From the NCBI GenBank assembly GCA_045600045.1, contig JAZRXD010000089.1, positions 5,413-69,412 of the forward strand: DNA of 64,000 nt, written 5' to 3'. The stretch comes from Bacteroidales bacterium. Lineage in GTDB: Bacteria > Bacteroidota > Bacteroidia > Bacteroidales > UBA1715. Positions 1 through 9,656 of this stretch are shown in pieces (position 1 is the first letter of the stretch; every line of letters starts with the position of its first letter). A model generated the notes under the pieces. It ran no database searches, was not told the origin of the DNA, and saw only the letters and a program-made list of their open reading frames with translations. A program made the position numbers and the translations under genes.

Positions 1-2
1 TG

Positions 3-749
3 ACCGACATTCAGGCACAATATGCCAACAATCAATATTCGCTCATTCGTGCCCAAAATCAATATGAACAGCAAAAACTGACGTTAAAACAACTGTTGGA
101 GTTATCGCCAGAAGAAAATTTTGATGTGGTTGAACCGGAACTGGCACCAAATTATGATATGGAAATCCCTTCGCCAATGGAAGTTTACAACGAAGCGTGC
201 AAGACACTGCCAGAAATTAAAAATGCCGAACAACAACTTGTGATTGACAGTTTGGCTATGAAAATGGCAAAATCTGCATATTATCCTTCCCTATCGCTTT
301 CTGCCGGAGTTGGCGCAAGTGGAGACTTTTTCGACAATGAATCGGAATGGTCTGGAAACAAATCTTTGAGAATGTCGCTTTCGGTTCCGATTTTTAATAA
401 ATGGCAGACCAAAACAAATGTTGAAACCTCAAAAATCAATGCTGAATACAACGCTTTGGCAGTAGAATCGACAAAGAAAAGTCTGTACAAAGAAATTGAA
501 GCAGCGTGTTTAAACGCAAAAGCATATCAAAATGAATGGCAAGCGCTCCAAATGTCGGCTCAAGCGGCACAAGAATCGTATGAATTGGCACAAAAACAGT
601 TCAAAGTCGGTTCAATCGACGCAACATCATTATTATTAGCAGAAACAAAAATGATTGATGCGAATTTGGCACTCAACCAAGTTCATTTCATGACATTATT
701 AAGTTACATTATTATTGATCACTATCAAGGAAAACCTATTTCACTATGA
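3..749 (+). CDS. tolC: TolC-family outer-membrane efflux protein (5' truncated by window edge)
   Basis: Frame is open from nt 3 (TDIQAQYANNQYSLIRAQNQYEQQKLTLKQLLEL). It has OEP-type motifs (AKSAYYPSLSL, LSVPIFN) and is first in an efflux operon. Confidence 0.9.
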   Translation, partial: TDIQAQYANNQYSLIRAQNQYEQQKLTLKQLLELSPEENFDVVEPELAPNYDMEIPSPMEVYNEACKTLPEIKNAEQQLVIDSLAMKMAKSAYYPSLSLSAGVGASGDFFDNESEWSGNKSLRMSLSVPIFNKWQTKTNVETSKINAEYNALAVESTKKSLYKEIEAACLNAKAYQNEWQALQMSAQAAQESYELAQKQFKVGSIDATSLLLAETKMIDANLALNQVHFMTLLSYIIIDHYQGKPISL

Positions 750-2005
750 AAAAAATACTAATCATTGGCCTTATAATTCTTGCCGGACTCGGCGTTGGTG
801 CATATTTTATGTTTTTTGCAGGTGACAAAAACAACATCGTGGTCGCTTCGTCACAACCAGCAACAATGGGAAATATAGCGAATGTTGTTACCGCAACCGG
901 TACTATCGAACCTATCCAACAAGTGGAAGTTGGTACGCAGGTTTCGGGCGAAGTAAAAAAAGTATATGTTGACTATAACAGCGAAGTAAAAGCCGGACAA
1001 TTAATTGCCGAACTCGACAAAACCAATCTTAAAGCATCAGTTGAAGAATCACAAACAAGCTACGAACGCGCGTTGAACGAGTTGAATTACATAAAAAAAA
1101 CGTATGAACGTCAAAAAGCATTGTTTGCCGACAATTTAATCAGTCAAGCCGAATTTGACGAAATTGAGTACAAATACACAAACGCAAAATGTTCGTTGAC
1201 GCAAGCAAAAGCAAGCCTCGAAAAGGCCAAAACAAATTTGAGCTACGCCGACATTTTTTCTCCTGTTGACGGTGTTGTTCTTTCCAAAAGCATTGAAGAA
1301 GGTCAGACCGTTGCTGCAAGTTTCAGTACGCCAACATTATTCACCATCGCGCAAGATTTAACAAAAATGCAGGTTGAAGCCGATATTGACGAAGCTGATA
1401 TTGGTCAAATCAAAGTTGGACAACGAGTTTCGTTCACGGTTGACGCTTTCCAAAACGACATTTTTGAAGGGAAAGTAACCCAAGTAAGATTGGATCCAAC
1501 TGTAACTTCAAACGTTGTTACCTATACCGTGATTATCGAAGCCGACAACTCGGCTTTGAAACTTATGCCGGGATTGACTGCAACAGTATCTATCTACACA
1601 TTGGAAATCAACAATGTACTGACAGTTCCCGAAAGTGCTGTCAATTACAGAATTTCACCAGATTTATTGAAAAAATATTATGCACAAAACAAGGAAAAAG
1701 TTGACCCGAACGCTCACTTTGGAAATGGTGAAAAACCACAAATGCAGGAAGGCGCAGCAAACAAATCGGTGAAATCAGAGAAAAGCGGTGATTATGTTTG
1801 GGTTCTTTCAAACAAAAAATTGGAACGCAGAGAAATTACCATCGGACAAAGTGATGAAATTAACTTCCAAATACTTGCCGGACTTTCAGAAGGAGACTCG
1901 GTTGTAACTTCGTTACGCTCAGTTTCTAAGAAAGAAATGACGCAAGCAAAAAGTCCATTCATGCAAGGACGTCCAGGTGGCAAAAATGGCGGCGGAAAAC
2001 GATAG
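746..2005 (+). CDS. Efflux periplasmic adaptor (MacA/HlyD-like membrane fusion protein)
   Basis: N-terminal TM anchor, VGTQVSG, IFSPVDGVV, VEADIDEADIG and LMPGLTA motifs. ATGA overlap with tolC. Confidence 0.92.
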   Translation: MKKILIIGLIILAGLGVGAYFMFFAGDKNNIVVASSQPATMGNIANVVTATGTIEPIQQVEVGTQVSGEVKKVYVDYNSEVKAGQLIAELDKTNLKASVEESQTSYERALNELNYIKKTYERQKALFADNLISQAEFDEIEYKYTNAKCSLTQAKASLEKAKTNLSYADIFSPVDGVVLSKSIEEGQTVAASFSTPTLFTIAQDLTKMQVEADIDEADIGQIKVGQRVSFTVDAFQNDIFEGKVTQVRLDPTVTSNVVTYTVIIEADNSALKLMPGLTATVSIYTLEINNVLTVPESAVNYRISPDLLKKYYAQNKEKVDPNAHFGNGEKPQMQEGAANKSVKSEKSGDYVWVLSNKKLERREITIGQSDEINFQILAGLSEGDSVVTSLRSVSKKEMTQAKSPFMQGRPGGKNGGGKR

Positions 2006-2008
2006 ACT

Positions 2009-2752
2009 ATGGAAAAGAAACCTATCATACATATTCATAACCTAAAAAAAGAATTTCTCGTTGGTGGTGAAACCGTGCGAGCTTTGAAAGGTGTGTCGTA
2101 CGACATTTATGAAGGTGAATTTGTAACGATTATGGGTACCAGCGGTTCGGGAAAATCAACTATGCTAAACATTCTTGGTTGTCTCGACAAACCAACTGAT
2201 GGGCAATACGAATTGGACGGCATTCCTGTTGATTCTTTGTCTGATGATGAATTGGCAATTATCCGCAATCAAAAAATCGGTTTCGTTTTTCAGGCCTACA
2301 ACCTATTGCCACGAACCACGTGTATAGAAAACGCAGAACTGCCATTGTTCTACAACAATAACATCTCGGCCGAAGAGCGATTGAACCGTTCCATAAACGC
2401 CCTTAACTTGGTTGGATTGCAACAACGTCTGCATCATACGCCAAATCAACTTTCGGGTGGTCAGCAACAACGTGTGGCAATTGCCCGAGCATTGGTAAAC
2501 GATCCAGTCGTGATTTTTGCCGACGAAGCAACCGGAAACCTTGACACCCGTATGTCATACGAAATTATGGGTTTGTTTCAGGACTTAAACCGTCAAGGAA
2601 AAACAATAGTATTCGTAACCCACGAGCCGGATATTGCCCGAATGAGCAAACGAACAATCACGCTTCGCGACGGACTTGTGGTTGACGATCTGGTGTATGA
2701 GCATCAAGTTGACGCGAAAGAAGAATTAGCAAAACTCCCCGTAACTGATTAA
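2009..2752 (+). CDS. ABC transporter ATP-binding subunit (MacB/LolD-like)
   Basis: Walker A GTSGSGKS, signature LSGGQQQRV, Walker B IFADEATGNLD. Confidence 0.95.
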   Translation: MEKKPIIHIHNLKKEFLVGGETVRALKGVSYDIYEGEFVTIMGTSGSGKSTMLNILGCLDKPTDGQYELDGIPVDSLSDDELAIIRNQKIGFVFQAYNLLPRTTCIENAELPLFYNNNISAEERLNRSINALNLVGLQQRLHHTPNQLSGGQQQRVAIARALVNDPVVIFADEATGNLDTRMSYEIMGLFQDLNRQGKTIVFVTHEPDIARMSKRTITLRDGLVVDDLVYEHQVDAKEELAKLPVTD

Positions 2753-2754
2753 TT

Positions 2755-3969
2755 ATGGTAGTATCGAATCTTGTAAAAGTTGCATTAAAAGCCATAGTTC
2801 TCAATAAGTTGAGAACATTCCTCACTATGCTGGGAATCATTATCGGTGTAGGGTCTGTAATTACCATGCTTGCCATTGGTGAAGGTTCAAAACAAAGCAT
2901 TACGGCGCAAATTTCACAAATGGGTTCCAACATGATTACCATCCGTCCCGGTTCGGAACGAGTTGGAGGCGTACGTATTGACGACGGTTCACAACGCAGT
3001 ATGACGTTGAAAGATGTTGAAGCAATACAAAAAGAAGCAACATTTGTTGATCTCGTTTCCCCAATTGTACAAAGTAGCGGACAAACCATTCACGAAGCAA
3101 ACAACTGGCCGTCGACTATTTATGGAGTTTATGCCGATTATCTCGACATTAAGAAAATGGCAATAAGCAAAGGTAGTATGTTCACCGAACGCCACGTAAA
3201 CCAGTCCGCAAAAGTTGCAATTATCGGGCAAACTGTGGTTGACAATTTGTTTGGCGACACAAATCCGATAGGACAAACAATACGATTTAAAAATATTCCC
3301 TTCCAAGTTATTGGTGTATTGGAATCAAAAGGAGAAAACACGTACGGACAAGACCAGGACAATTTGATTTTAGCACCATTCACAACGGTACAAAAACGAA
3401 TTTTAGCAATCAACTACGTTAATTCCATTGTTGCATCAGCATCAAGTGAAGAAGTTGCGGAACAAGCAGTTACCGAAGTAACGGAAATACTACAAAAAGT
3501 TCATAAGAGCGATGGAACCAATAATCCATTTAGAATTATGTCGATGGAAGAATTGTTGACAACGGCAAGTTCCACGACCGACATTCTCACCACCCTATTG
3601 GTTGTAATTGCCGGCATTTCGCTTTTGATTGGTGGTATCGGCATTATGAATATTATGTACGTTTCGGTTAAAGAACGTACCCGAGAGATTGGTTTGCGTA
3701 TGGCCGTTGGAGCCCGAGGCAAAGATATTTTGCTACAATTTTTAACAGAATCAATCTTCATCAGCGTAACAGGCGGCATGATTGGCGTTGTGTTTGGCAT
3801 AGTTGCCACAAAAGTTACTGCGGCACTCACCCAATGGCCGACAGAAATCACGCTTTCTTCTATTGTTATTTCGTTTTTCGTTTGTGCAATCACCGGAATT
3901 TTCTTCGGTTGGTATCCTGCAAAAAAAGCAGCCAACCTCAACCCTATCGAAGCGTTGAGATACGAATAA
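2755..3969 (+). CDS. ABC transporter permease (MacB/FtsX-like)
   Basis: RTFLTMLGIIIGV, GGIGIMNIMYVSVKERTREIGLRMAVGA and PAKKAANLNPIEALRYE motifs. Confidence 0.95.
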   Translation: MVVSNLVKVALKAIVLNKLRTFLTMLGIIIGVGSVITMLAIGEGSKQSITAQISQMGSNMITIRPGSERVGGVRIDDGSQRSMTLKDVEAIQKEATFVDLVSPIVQSSGQTIHEANNWPSTIYGVYADYLDIKKMAISKGSMFTERHVNQSAKVAIIGQTVVDNLFGDTNPIGQTIRFKNIPFQVIGVLESKGENTYGQDQDNLILAPFTTVQKRILAINYVNSIVASASSEEVAEQAVTEVTEILQKVHKSDGTNNPFRIMSMEELLTTASSTTDILTTLLVVIAGISLLIGGIGIMNIMYVSVKERTREIGLRMAVGARGKDILLQFLTESIFISVTGGMIGVVFGIVATKVTAALTQWPTEITLSSIVISFFVCAITGIFFGWYPAKKAANLNPIEALRYE

Positions 3970-4396
3970 TAAAGATTAGAGTTTAATGATCAGTGAACAA
4001 CTTTTTTCTTAAAAAGAGTTTCTTTTTCAAACTGTTTTCACAAGTGCGTTTTTCTACATAGTTAGGGAGTTTGAACTACATAACTATGCAGTTTGAACTG
4101 GCAGGCCTTATCGTGCTTTTTTACGCAAAAAATGCAAAAATTCATTGTACTTGCATACACTATTTCGAGGACAACGAAGAGCCTTTCAAAAAATGACTTT
4201 ATAAAGACCAGAACAAGACACTTTATTTCAACAAGTGTGCAGAACTAACAAAATATGTATATAGTACACTGTACTAAACAAAATCGGTTTGGAAAATTTA
4301 GCTCAAAACCGATTAATGGATTTTTTTAGGGGAAAAATCCATAATTAAATTTCTTTTTAGATTCTAATCTTTCAAAACGTCTTTCATTGATTATGT

Positions 4397-4404
4397 TATC
4401 TTTG
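4397..4404 (+). promoter_or_regulatory. Bacteroidetes sigma-A -7 box (TATCTTTG)
   Basis: Matches TAnnTTTG, 25 nt upstream of the ATG at 4430. Confidence 0.6.
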
Positions 4405-4429
4405 CATTGAATTTACGAGTCATACAAAT

Positions 4430-4960
4430 ATGAAATTATACATAGTCCGTCACGGCGAAACCGAAGAAAATCGCCTTCATATATTACAAGGTCATTTACC
4501 TGGAACATTGACAAAACAAGGCAAAGAACAAATACAAAAAACAGCCGAAGAATTAGCACACAAAAACATTCCTTTCACCTGTATTGTATCAAGCGATTTA
4601 AAACGTGCTATGGATTCTGCACAAATATTGTCAGAAAATCTTAAACTGCCAATAGTCCCTATGCAAACGCTACGGGAACGAGATTGGGGGAAATATACGG
4701 GTATAACCATTGTAGAAGCAAAAGAGAAATATTACAAAGATGGGAAATGGAATTTTCCCGATTCTGCCGAAACCGACGATGGCATTTACCAAAGAGCACA
4801 AAACACATTGAAATATTTATCTGAGACATTCCCAAACAACACTATCCTACTTGTTACTCACGGACAATTTGCAAGAAACCTGTTGGCTGCGAACCAAGGT
4901 TGCTCGTACAAAGAAATACCTTCTTTTTCGAACGCTGAAGTAAGAGTTTTGGAACTGTAA
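4430..4960 (+). CDS. Histidine phosphatase (phosphoglycerate mutase-like) family protein
   Basis: VRHGET catalytic motif, SSDLKRA, LRERDWG and VTHG. Confidence 0.9.
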   Translation: MKLYIVRHGETEENRLHILQGHLPGTLTKQGKEQIQKTAEELAHKNIPFTCIVSSDLKRAMDSAQILSENLKLPIVPMQTLRERDWGKYTGITIVEAKEKYYKDGKWNFPDSAETDDGIYQRAQNTLKYLSETFPNNTILLVTHGQFARNLLAANQGCSYKEIPSFSNAEVRVLEL

Positions 4961-5069
4961 CAACACTCTACTATTCGAAAGATTTCTCAATTATCATTAC
5001 ATATTACCATACACTTCAATGATGGAATTCTTAACATGAAGCGTCCATTTTTGTCTATCATTCTTTTTG

Positions 5070-5102
5070 TTTGGAAAATATAGAAAATTAAACATATCTT
5101 TG
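5070..5102 (+). promoter_or_regulatory. Bacteroidetes sigma-A promoter (-33 TTTG / -7 TATCTTTG)
   Basis: TTTG at 5070-5073 and TATCTTTG at 5095-5102 with a 21-nt spacer. Supports a start at 5127. Confidence 0.7.
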
Positions 5103-5126
5103 AGGTCAAACATTGAAATACATACT

Positions 5127-6155
5127 ATGAAAAAACATTTATTATTAGGATTGGCGTTAACAACGCTTATGGGCATGAGTGCCACAGTTTTTGCACAGGA
5201 ACCAGTAGTTATGCTTCATCACAATGGTGAACAAACTCCATTTCTTGGTATTGATGGTTTGAAACAAGCCTACGAGGCAGCGGTTGACAACGACACAATT
5301 TATTTGCCTGGTGGATTGTTCAATCAACCTTCGGATTACATGAAAGGCATTCATATTTATGGCACTGGTATTTTGCCAGATAGCACCAAAGCAACAACAA
5401 TTACAACTTTGAGTGGCCAAACACGCATACATACAGGTGCAGACAATTTCCATTTAGAAGGAGTTCAAGGAAATTCAAGCATTAGGTTTGGAAATGGTAA
5501 AGATACGATTTCTCAAATACGTATTATTGGTTGTAAATTCGCAGGAATTGCAGAAAATAATTCTAGTGCTCAAATTACTGGTGTACAGCTTATTCAATGT
5601 ATTTTTACAGAAAGCATGAACTTCGCTGGAATAAAAAATTCCATAATGAAAAATTCTATTTTTTGTTCTGAAAGTAGTATTGTGTCAACAACATACAATA
5701 CGTTTGAAAACAATGTCATTATAAGTTCATACGGTTATTATGGTACTAGAGGTTTTAATGGTAATTCAAATACACTGCGTAACAATGCAATATTATATGC
5801 TGCTTCTGGTGATTTTTTGGCAGGGAGTTCAAATTCTTTGTACAATAACACAAATTGTAATGCAGGAAAAGACTGTACAACAAACGAAAATCCATATACG
5901 GTCCTTACAACAGATATGTTTGTGAATTATACTGGTACAACCTTCTCTTTTGACCAAGATTTTCACCTTCAAAATCCAGAATTATATTTAGGAACAGATG
6001 GAACACAAATAGGTATTTATGGTGGAGAATATGCGTGGCCAGATGCAAAGGCTGTTTTGCCGTCAAATCCACATATTCGTGCTTGCAATACAGCATCAAA
6101 TACCGACGAAAATGGTATGTTGCAAATAAATGTTCAAGTTGGCGCTCAAAACTAA
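5127..6155 (+). CDS. Secreted hypothetical protein, probable right-handed beta-helix
   Basis: Signal peptide MKKHLLLGLALTTLMGMSATVFA, then Asn/Ile-rich NNVI/NNTI-type rungs and a DFHLQ...GTDGTQIGIYGG tail typical of beta-helix proteins. Start moved from 5067. Confidence 0.7.
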   Translation: MKKHLLLGLALTTLMGMSATVFAQEPVVMLHHNGEQTPFLGIDGLKQAYEAAVDNDTIYLPGGLFNQPSDYMKGIHIYGTGILPDSTKATTITTLSGQTRIHTGADNFHLEGVQGNSSIRFGNGKDTISQIRIIGCKFAGIAENNSSAQITGVQLIQCIFTESMNFAGIKNSIMKNSIFCSESSIVSTTYNTFENNVIISSYGYYGTRGFNGNSNTLRNNAILYAASGDFLAGSSNSLYNNTNCNAGKDCTTNENPYTVLTTDMFVNYTGTTFSFDQDFHLQNPELYLGTDGTQIGIYGGEYAWPDAKAVLPSNPHIRACNTASNTDENGMLQINVQVGAQN

Positions 6156-6159
6156 TCGC

Positions 6160-8058
6160 ATGAAAATCCTAAGATGCATAGTTCTCGTACTTGCTACCTG
6201 CCTAACAAGCGCGTATGCATTTTCGCAAAATGCTATTTCTCAATATCAATATTGGTTTAATAGTGATTTTGGAAATGCTGTGGTTGTGCAGCAGGAATTT
6301 GCAAAAAATGTTGACATTGCTCCCAAAATTGATGCAAGTTCACTGACGGAAGGTTTACACGTGCTGAATATTCGTTTTCAAGATAAAAACGGCGTGTGGA
6401 GTGCAGTGAAAAGTCAATTTTTCTTGAAACCAACACCGAAAATTGCAAAAGAAAATGCGATGTCTGTTTGTCAATATTGGATAGATTACGATTTTGCCAA
6501 TGCGGTAACAACAGAAACCGCAAACGCGCAAGATATTGTGTTAGATACAAAACTGAATTTTGAAACTATCGGCGAAGGTTTACACGTGCTGAATATTCGT
6601 TTTCAAGACAAAAACGGCGTGTGGAGTGCGGTAAAAAGTCAATTTTTCCTGAAACCAGTGCAGAAAGTTGCAAAAGAAAATGCAATGTCTGTTTGTCAAT
6701 ATTGGATAGATTACGATTTTGCCAATGCGGTAACAACGGAAACCGCAAACGCGAAAGATATTGTGTTAGATACAAAACTGAATTTTGAAACTATCGGCGA
6801 AGGTTTACACGTGCTGAACATTCGTTTTCAAGATAAAAACGGCGTGTGGACATCAACGAAAAGTCAATTCTTTGCGAAAAAAGCATACCGAAATCAAACG
6901 GAAGACGGCAATATTGTAACGTATCAATATTGGTTTGATGACAATTTTGTTGATGCACAAACAATGGTATTGGAAAGTGCTGGCAAAAATGTTGATATAG
7001 CAGACAAATTAGATTGCCGCCGAATACCAAAAGGCGTTCATTACTTGAATTTCCGTTCTATGGACAATCGTGGTGTGTGGAGCAGCGTAATTACCGACAC
7101 AATCGAGAAAATCTCGTTGCCAATTGCAGATTTCACGTTCGATACACTTGAAATTACATGTAAATCAATCACTTTGCGATTCAAAGACAATAGTATTGAT
7201 GGTGATGCATATCAATGGAATTTTGGCGATGCCACCGATGTTGACACAAGCCGCAATCCGACACATACGTTTGGCGAAGGTGAATTTTTTGTTTCGCTGA
7301 TGGTTAGCGATACTACATTGAATAGTGATAGCGCAAAAGCAGCTCCGCTTACTTTCGAGGAAGAACGATTGTATGAAGAACTTTCAGAAACTGCTTGTGA
7401 GTCATTTGTATGGAACGGAGAAACATTCACAGAATCAAATGATTATGAAAGAACATTTTTAACAGAAAATGGTTGCGATTCTGTTGTTACGCTTCATTTA
7501 ACAATCAATAAATCGGTGGAAAATCACATAGAAGAACAAGCGTGCGAATCGTTTGTTTGGGGAAGTGAGGAATATACACTTTCGGGAGATTATACGCAGA
7601 CACTACAAACAGTAACAGGTTGTGATTCAACTGTTACGTTACATTTAACAATCAACCATGCAACGGTTTCTGATTTTAGCGAAACGTCATCTCAACCATT
7701 TGTTTGGAATGGCGTAACATACAACGAAAGCGGCGATTACGTACAAACATTGGAGACACAAACAGGTTGCGACAGTGTTGTAACCTTGCATTTGACAATC
7801 CAAACAGGAATCGAAAATGTGAATGTTTCAAAAATTGTAATGTATCCAATTCCAGCAAAAGATTACTTAAATATTGAATCATCAGAAATGATTAACCACA
7901 TAGAAATCGTCAATGCTGCGGGTCAAGTCGTTAATCGTTATTCTGTTATGGGAACAAAGGCAAAATGCGATGTCTCATCATTACTAAATGGTGTGTATTC
8001 GGTTAAGATGTATCTTAACAACGTACCTGTTCCAATCCAAAAAACATTTGTGAAATAA
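6160..8058 (+). CDS. T9SS-secreted surface protein with tandem Ig-like repeats, a PKD domain and a C-terminal sorting domain
   Basis: Signal peptide MKILRC...AYA; four YQYW(F/I)D...G.H.LN.R..D..GVWS units; PKD motif YQWNFGD...NPTHTF; three GCDSxVTLHLTI units; CTD (MYPIPAKDYLNI...GVYSVK). Confidence 0.8.
   Translation: MKILRCIVLVLATCLTSAYAFSQNAISQYQYWFNSDFGNAVVVQQEFAKNVDIAPKIDASSLTEGLHVLNIRFQDKNGVWSAVKSQFFLKPTPKIAKENAMSVCQYWIDYDFANAVTTETANAQDIVLDTKLNFETIGEGLHVLNIRFQDKNGVWSAVKSQFFLKPVQKVAKENAMSVCQYWIDYDFANAVTTETANAKDIVLDTKLNFETIGEGLHVLNIRFQDKNGVWTSTKSQFFAKKAYRNQTEDGNIVTYQYWFDDNFVDAQTMVLESAGKNVDIADKLDCRRIPKGVHYLNFRSMDNRGVWSSVITDTIEKISLPIADFTFDTLEITCKSITLRFKDNSIDGDAYQWNFGDATDVDTSRNPTHTFGEGEFFVSLMVSDTTLNSDSAKAAPLTFEEERLYEELSETACESFVWNGETFTESNDYERTFLTENGCDSVVTLHLTINKSVENHIEEQACESFVWGSEEYTLSGDYTQTLQTVTGCDSTVTLHLTINHATVSDFSETSSQPFVWNGVTYNESGDYVQTLETQTGCDSVVTLHLTIQTGIENVNVSKIVMYPIPAKDYLNIESSEMINHIEIVNAAGQVVNRYSVMGTKAKCDVSSLLNGVYSVKMYLNNVPVPIQKTFVK
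6349..6870 (+). repeat. Intragenic 225-nt (75-aa) tandem repeat, about 2.3 near-identical copies
   Basis: GAAGGTTTACACGTGCTGAA starts at 6349, 6574 and 6799 (period 225). Confidence 0.95.
7390..7803 (+). repeat. Intragenic 147-nt (49-aa) diverged repeat x3 (ESFVWNG...GCDSVVTLHLTI)
   Basis: TLHLTI codons begin at 7489, 7636 and 7783 (period 147). Confidence 0.85.
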
Positions 8059-8279
8059 AACTGGTTGTACTTATTTAATAAGAGATGAGAAAGAATTTTA
8101 TGGATTAATACTTTGAAATGCTATAAATTATTCCTCTAAGTTAGAATCTTATTATATGTAATACGGATATTCCTTTACCTACCAATGCTTCTGCACCTTT
8201 AGTTTGAGGAAACACTATTTTGTTTTATATTTGCTTGTCAAGCGAAATAAAAACAATAACAAGTAAGACTACCAATAAT

Positions 8280-8951
8280 ATGAATCCTTTTTCTAAAGAA
8301 GATTTTATTGCTTACGCTCAAGATAAAGGGCTTTATGTACTGGGGAAAAAAGATGAGAAAAAGTTTGTAGAATGTGGCGTAGATGCGTTTCTTGGCTACG
8401 GAATGTACAACACGTTTTTCAATCATTATGATACCCCAGATAAATCGTACAATGATAAATTGGCACTTCTTATGCGACTGCTATTCCGTGGAACTCCTGA
8501 AGCTGTCGTTATTGCCAATTCCGAAGACGTTGATGGTTTCGCACAATTTCTTCCACCTGGCTTCTCGGGAACTCCACTAATTAGATACATTCTTGCGGGC
8601 GGATGGAAATTGCCTTTTATGCATAATGGGATCTCTACTATCATCCATTCGGATGCCGTTGAGAAATATTCGTTTATGAAAAAAAAAGAAATCACACAAA
8701 ACGAGGACATATATCTCTATAATCTTGCGGTAAAACACAATAGGCAACATAGACATATAGCATCTACACTTATACACACTATGCAAGAATATGCCTCAAA
8801 TATCGGTCGTTGCTGTTATCTTGAAACATACGACCCCAATAATATAACTATTTATGAACGTATGGGATTCAAACTCCAAAAAGAATCGAGTGTGCCAAAT
8901 TCTGATTTAACACATTACCCTTTCTTGAAAAATCCCACAGAACAAAAATAA
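8280..8951 (+). CDS. GNAT-family N-acetyltransferase
   Basis: YLYNLAVKHNRQHRHIASTLI (motif A) and CYLET...NITIYERMGF. TATATTTG at 8226-8233 supports a start at 8280 rather than 8220. Confidence 0.8.
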   Translation: MNPFSKEDFIAYAQDKGLYVLGKKDEKKFVECGVDAFLGYGMYNTFFNHYDTPDKSYNDKLALLMRLLFRGTPEAVVIANSEDVDGFAQFLPPGFSGTPLIRYILAGGWKLPFMHNGISTIIHSDAVEKYSFMKKKEITQNEDIYLYNLAVKHNRQHRHIASTLIHTMQEYASNIGRCCYLETYDPNNITIYERMGFKLQKESSVPNSDLTHYPFLKNPTEQK

Positions 8952-9048
8952 CATTGACAACCGACTCGATATTACAAAAGTGTCGGATTGTCTAATGACT
9001 AATAAAAATAAACGTTTGGGACTGATATAACTGAAGAATTCTGTTAAC

Positions 9049-9080
9049 AAAAAGGCTCGTCACTAATGGCGAGCCTTTTT
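9049..9080. terminator. Bidirectional intrinsic terminator between the GNAT gene and rbr
   Basis: AAAAAGGCTCGTCA-ctaa-TGGCGAGCCTTTTT hairpin with A/T tails, between convergent genes. Confidence 0.85.
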
Positions 9081-9098
9081 GTTTGATAACGTATAATT

Positions 9099-9647
9099 TT
9101 ATTTTTTGAAATAGCGGTTGTATAAACCTTGGAAACCTTGACCGTGACGAGCCTCGTCTTTTGCCATTTCGTGAACAGTGTCGTGAATTGCGTCAAGATC
9201 TTGAGCTTTAGCGTTTTTAGCAATACGCATTTTGTCTTCGCAAGCACCAGCTTCAGCCATCATACGTTTTTCAAGGTTAGTTTTTGTATCCCAAACAACA
9301 TCACCAAGTAGTTCGGCAAATTTAGAAGCATGTTCAGCTTCTTCCAAAGCATAGCGTTTAAATGCTTCTGCAATTTCTGGGTATCCTTCGCGGTCAGCTT
9401 GACGACTCATAGCCAAGTACATTCCTACTTCAGTGCATTCACCCATGAAATGTGCGTTTAAGTCTTTCTTCATTTCTGCATCACAATCTTTTGCGATACC
9501 AATAACGTGTTCTGTTACAAATGTTAAACCTGCTTTTTCGTCAGCAACTTTCCATTCTACAATCTGTTTACATTGTGGACAGCGTTCTGGGGCTTCGTCT
9601 CCTTCGTGAACATAGCCACATACTGGACAAATAAATTTTTTTGACAT
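9099..9647 (-). CDS. rbr: Reverse rubrerythrin (NADH peroxidase)
   Basis: N-terminal rubredoxin-like CPVC...CPQC, then a di-iron four-helix bundle ([19 protein letters not shown]). Confidence 0.92.
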   Translation of the reverse strand: MSKKFICPVCGYVHEGDEAPERCPQCKQIVEWKVADEKAGLTFVTEHVIGIAKDCDAEMKKDLNAHFMGECTEVGMYLAMSRQADREGYPEIAEAFKRYALEEAEHASKFAELLGDVVWDTKTNLEKRMMAEAGACEDKMRIAKNAKAQDLDAIHDTVHEMAKDEARHGQGFQGLYNRYFKK

Positions 9648-9656
9648 AATTTTTAA

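Noticed and set aside
6349-6870. Template/variable repeat pair of a diversity-generating retroelement
   Set aside because: The copies are tandem and in-frame, the differences are not adenine-specific, and there is no reverse transcriptase in the window.
8678-8690. Poly-A tract in the GNAT gene as a phase-variation site
   Set aside because: The frame is intact, and A8-A9 runs encoding Lys are common throughout this AT-rich window.
8955-8992. Extra hairpin after the GNAT gene
   Set aside because: It is adequately explained as a secondary terminator or stabiliser; no recognisable ncRNA motif.
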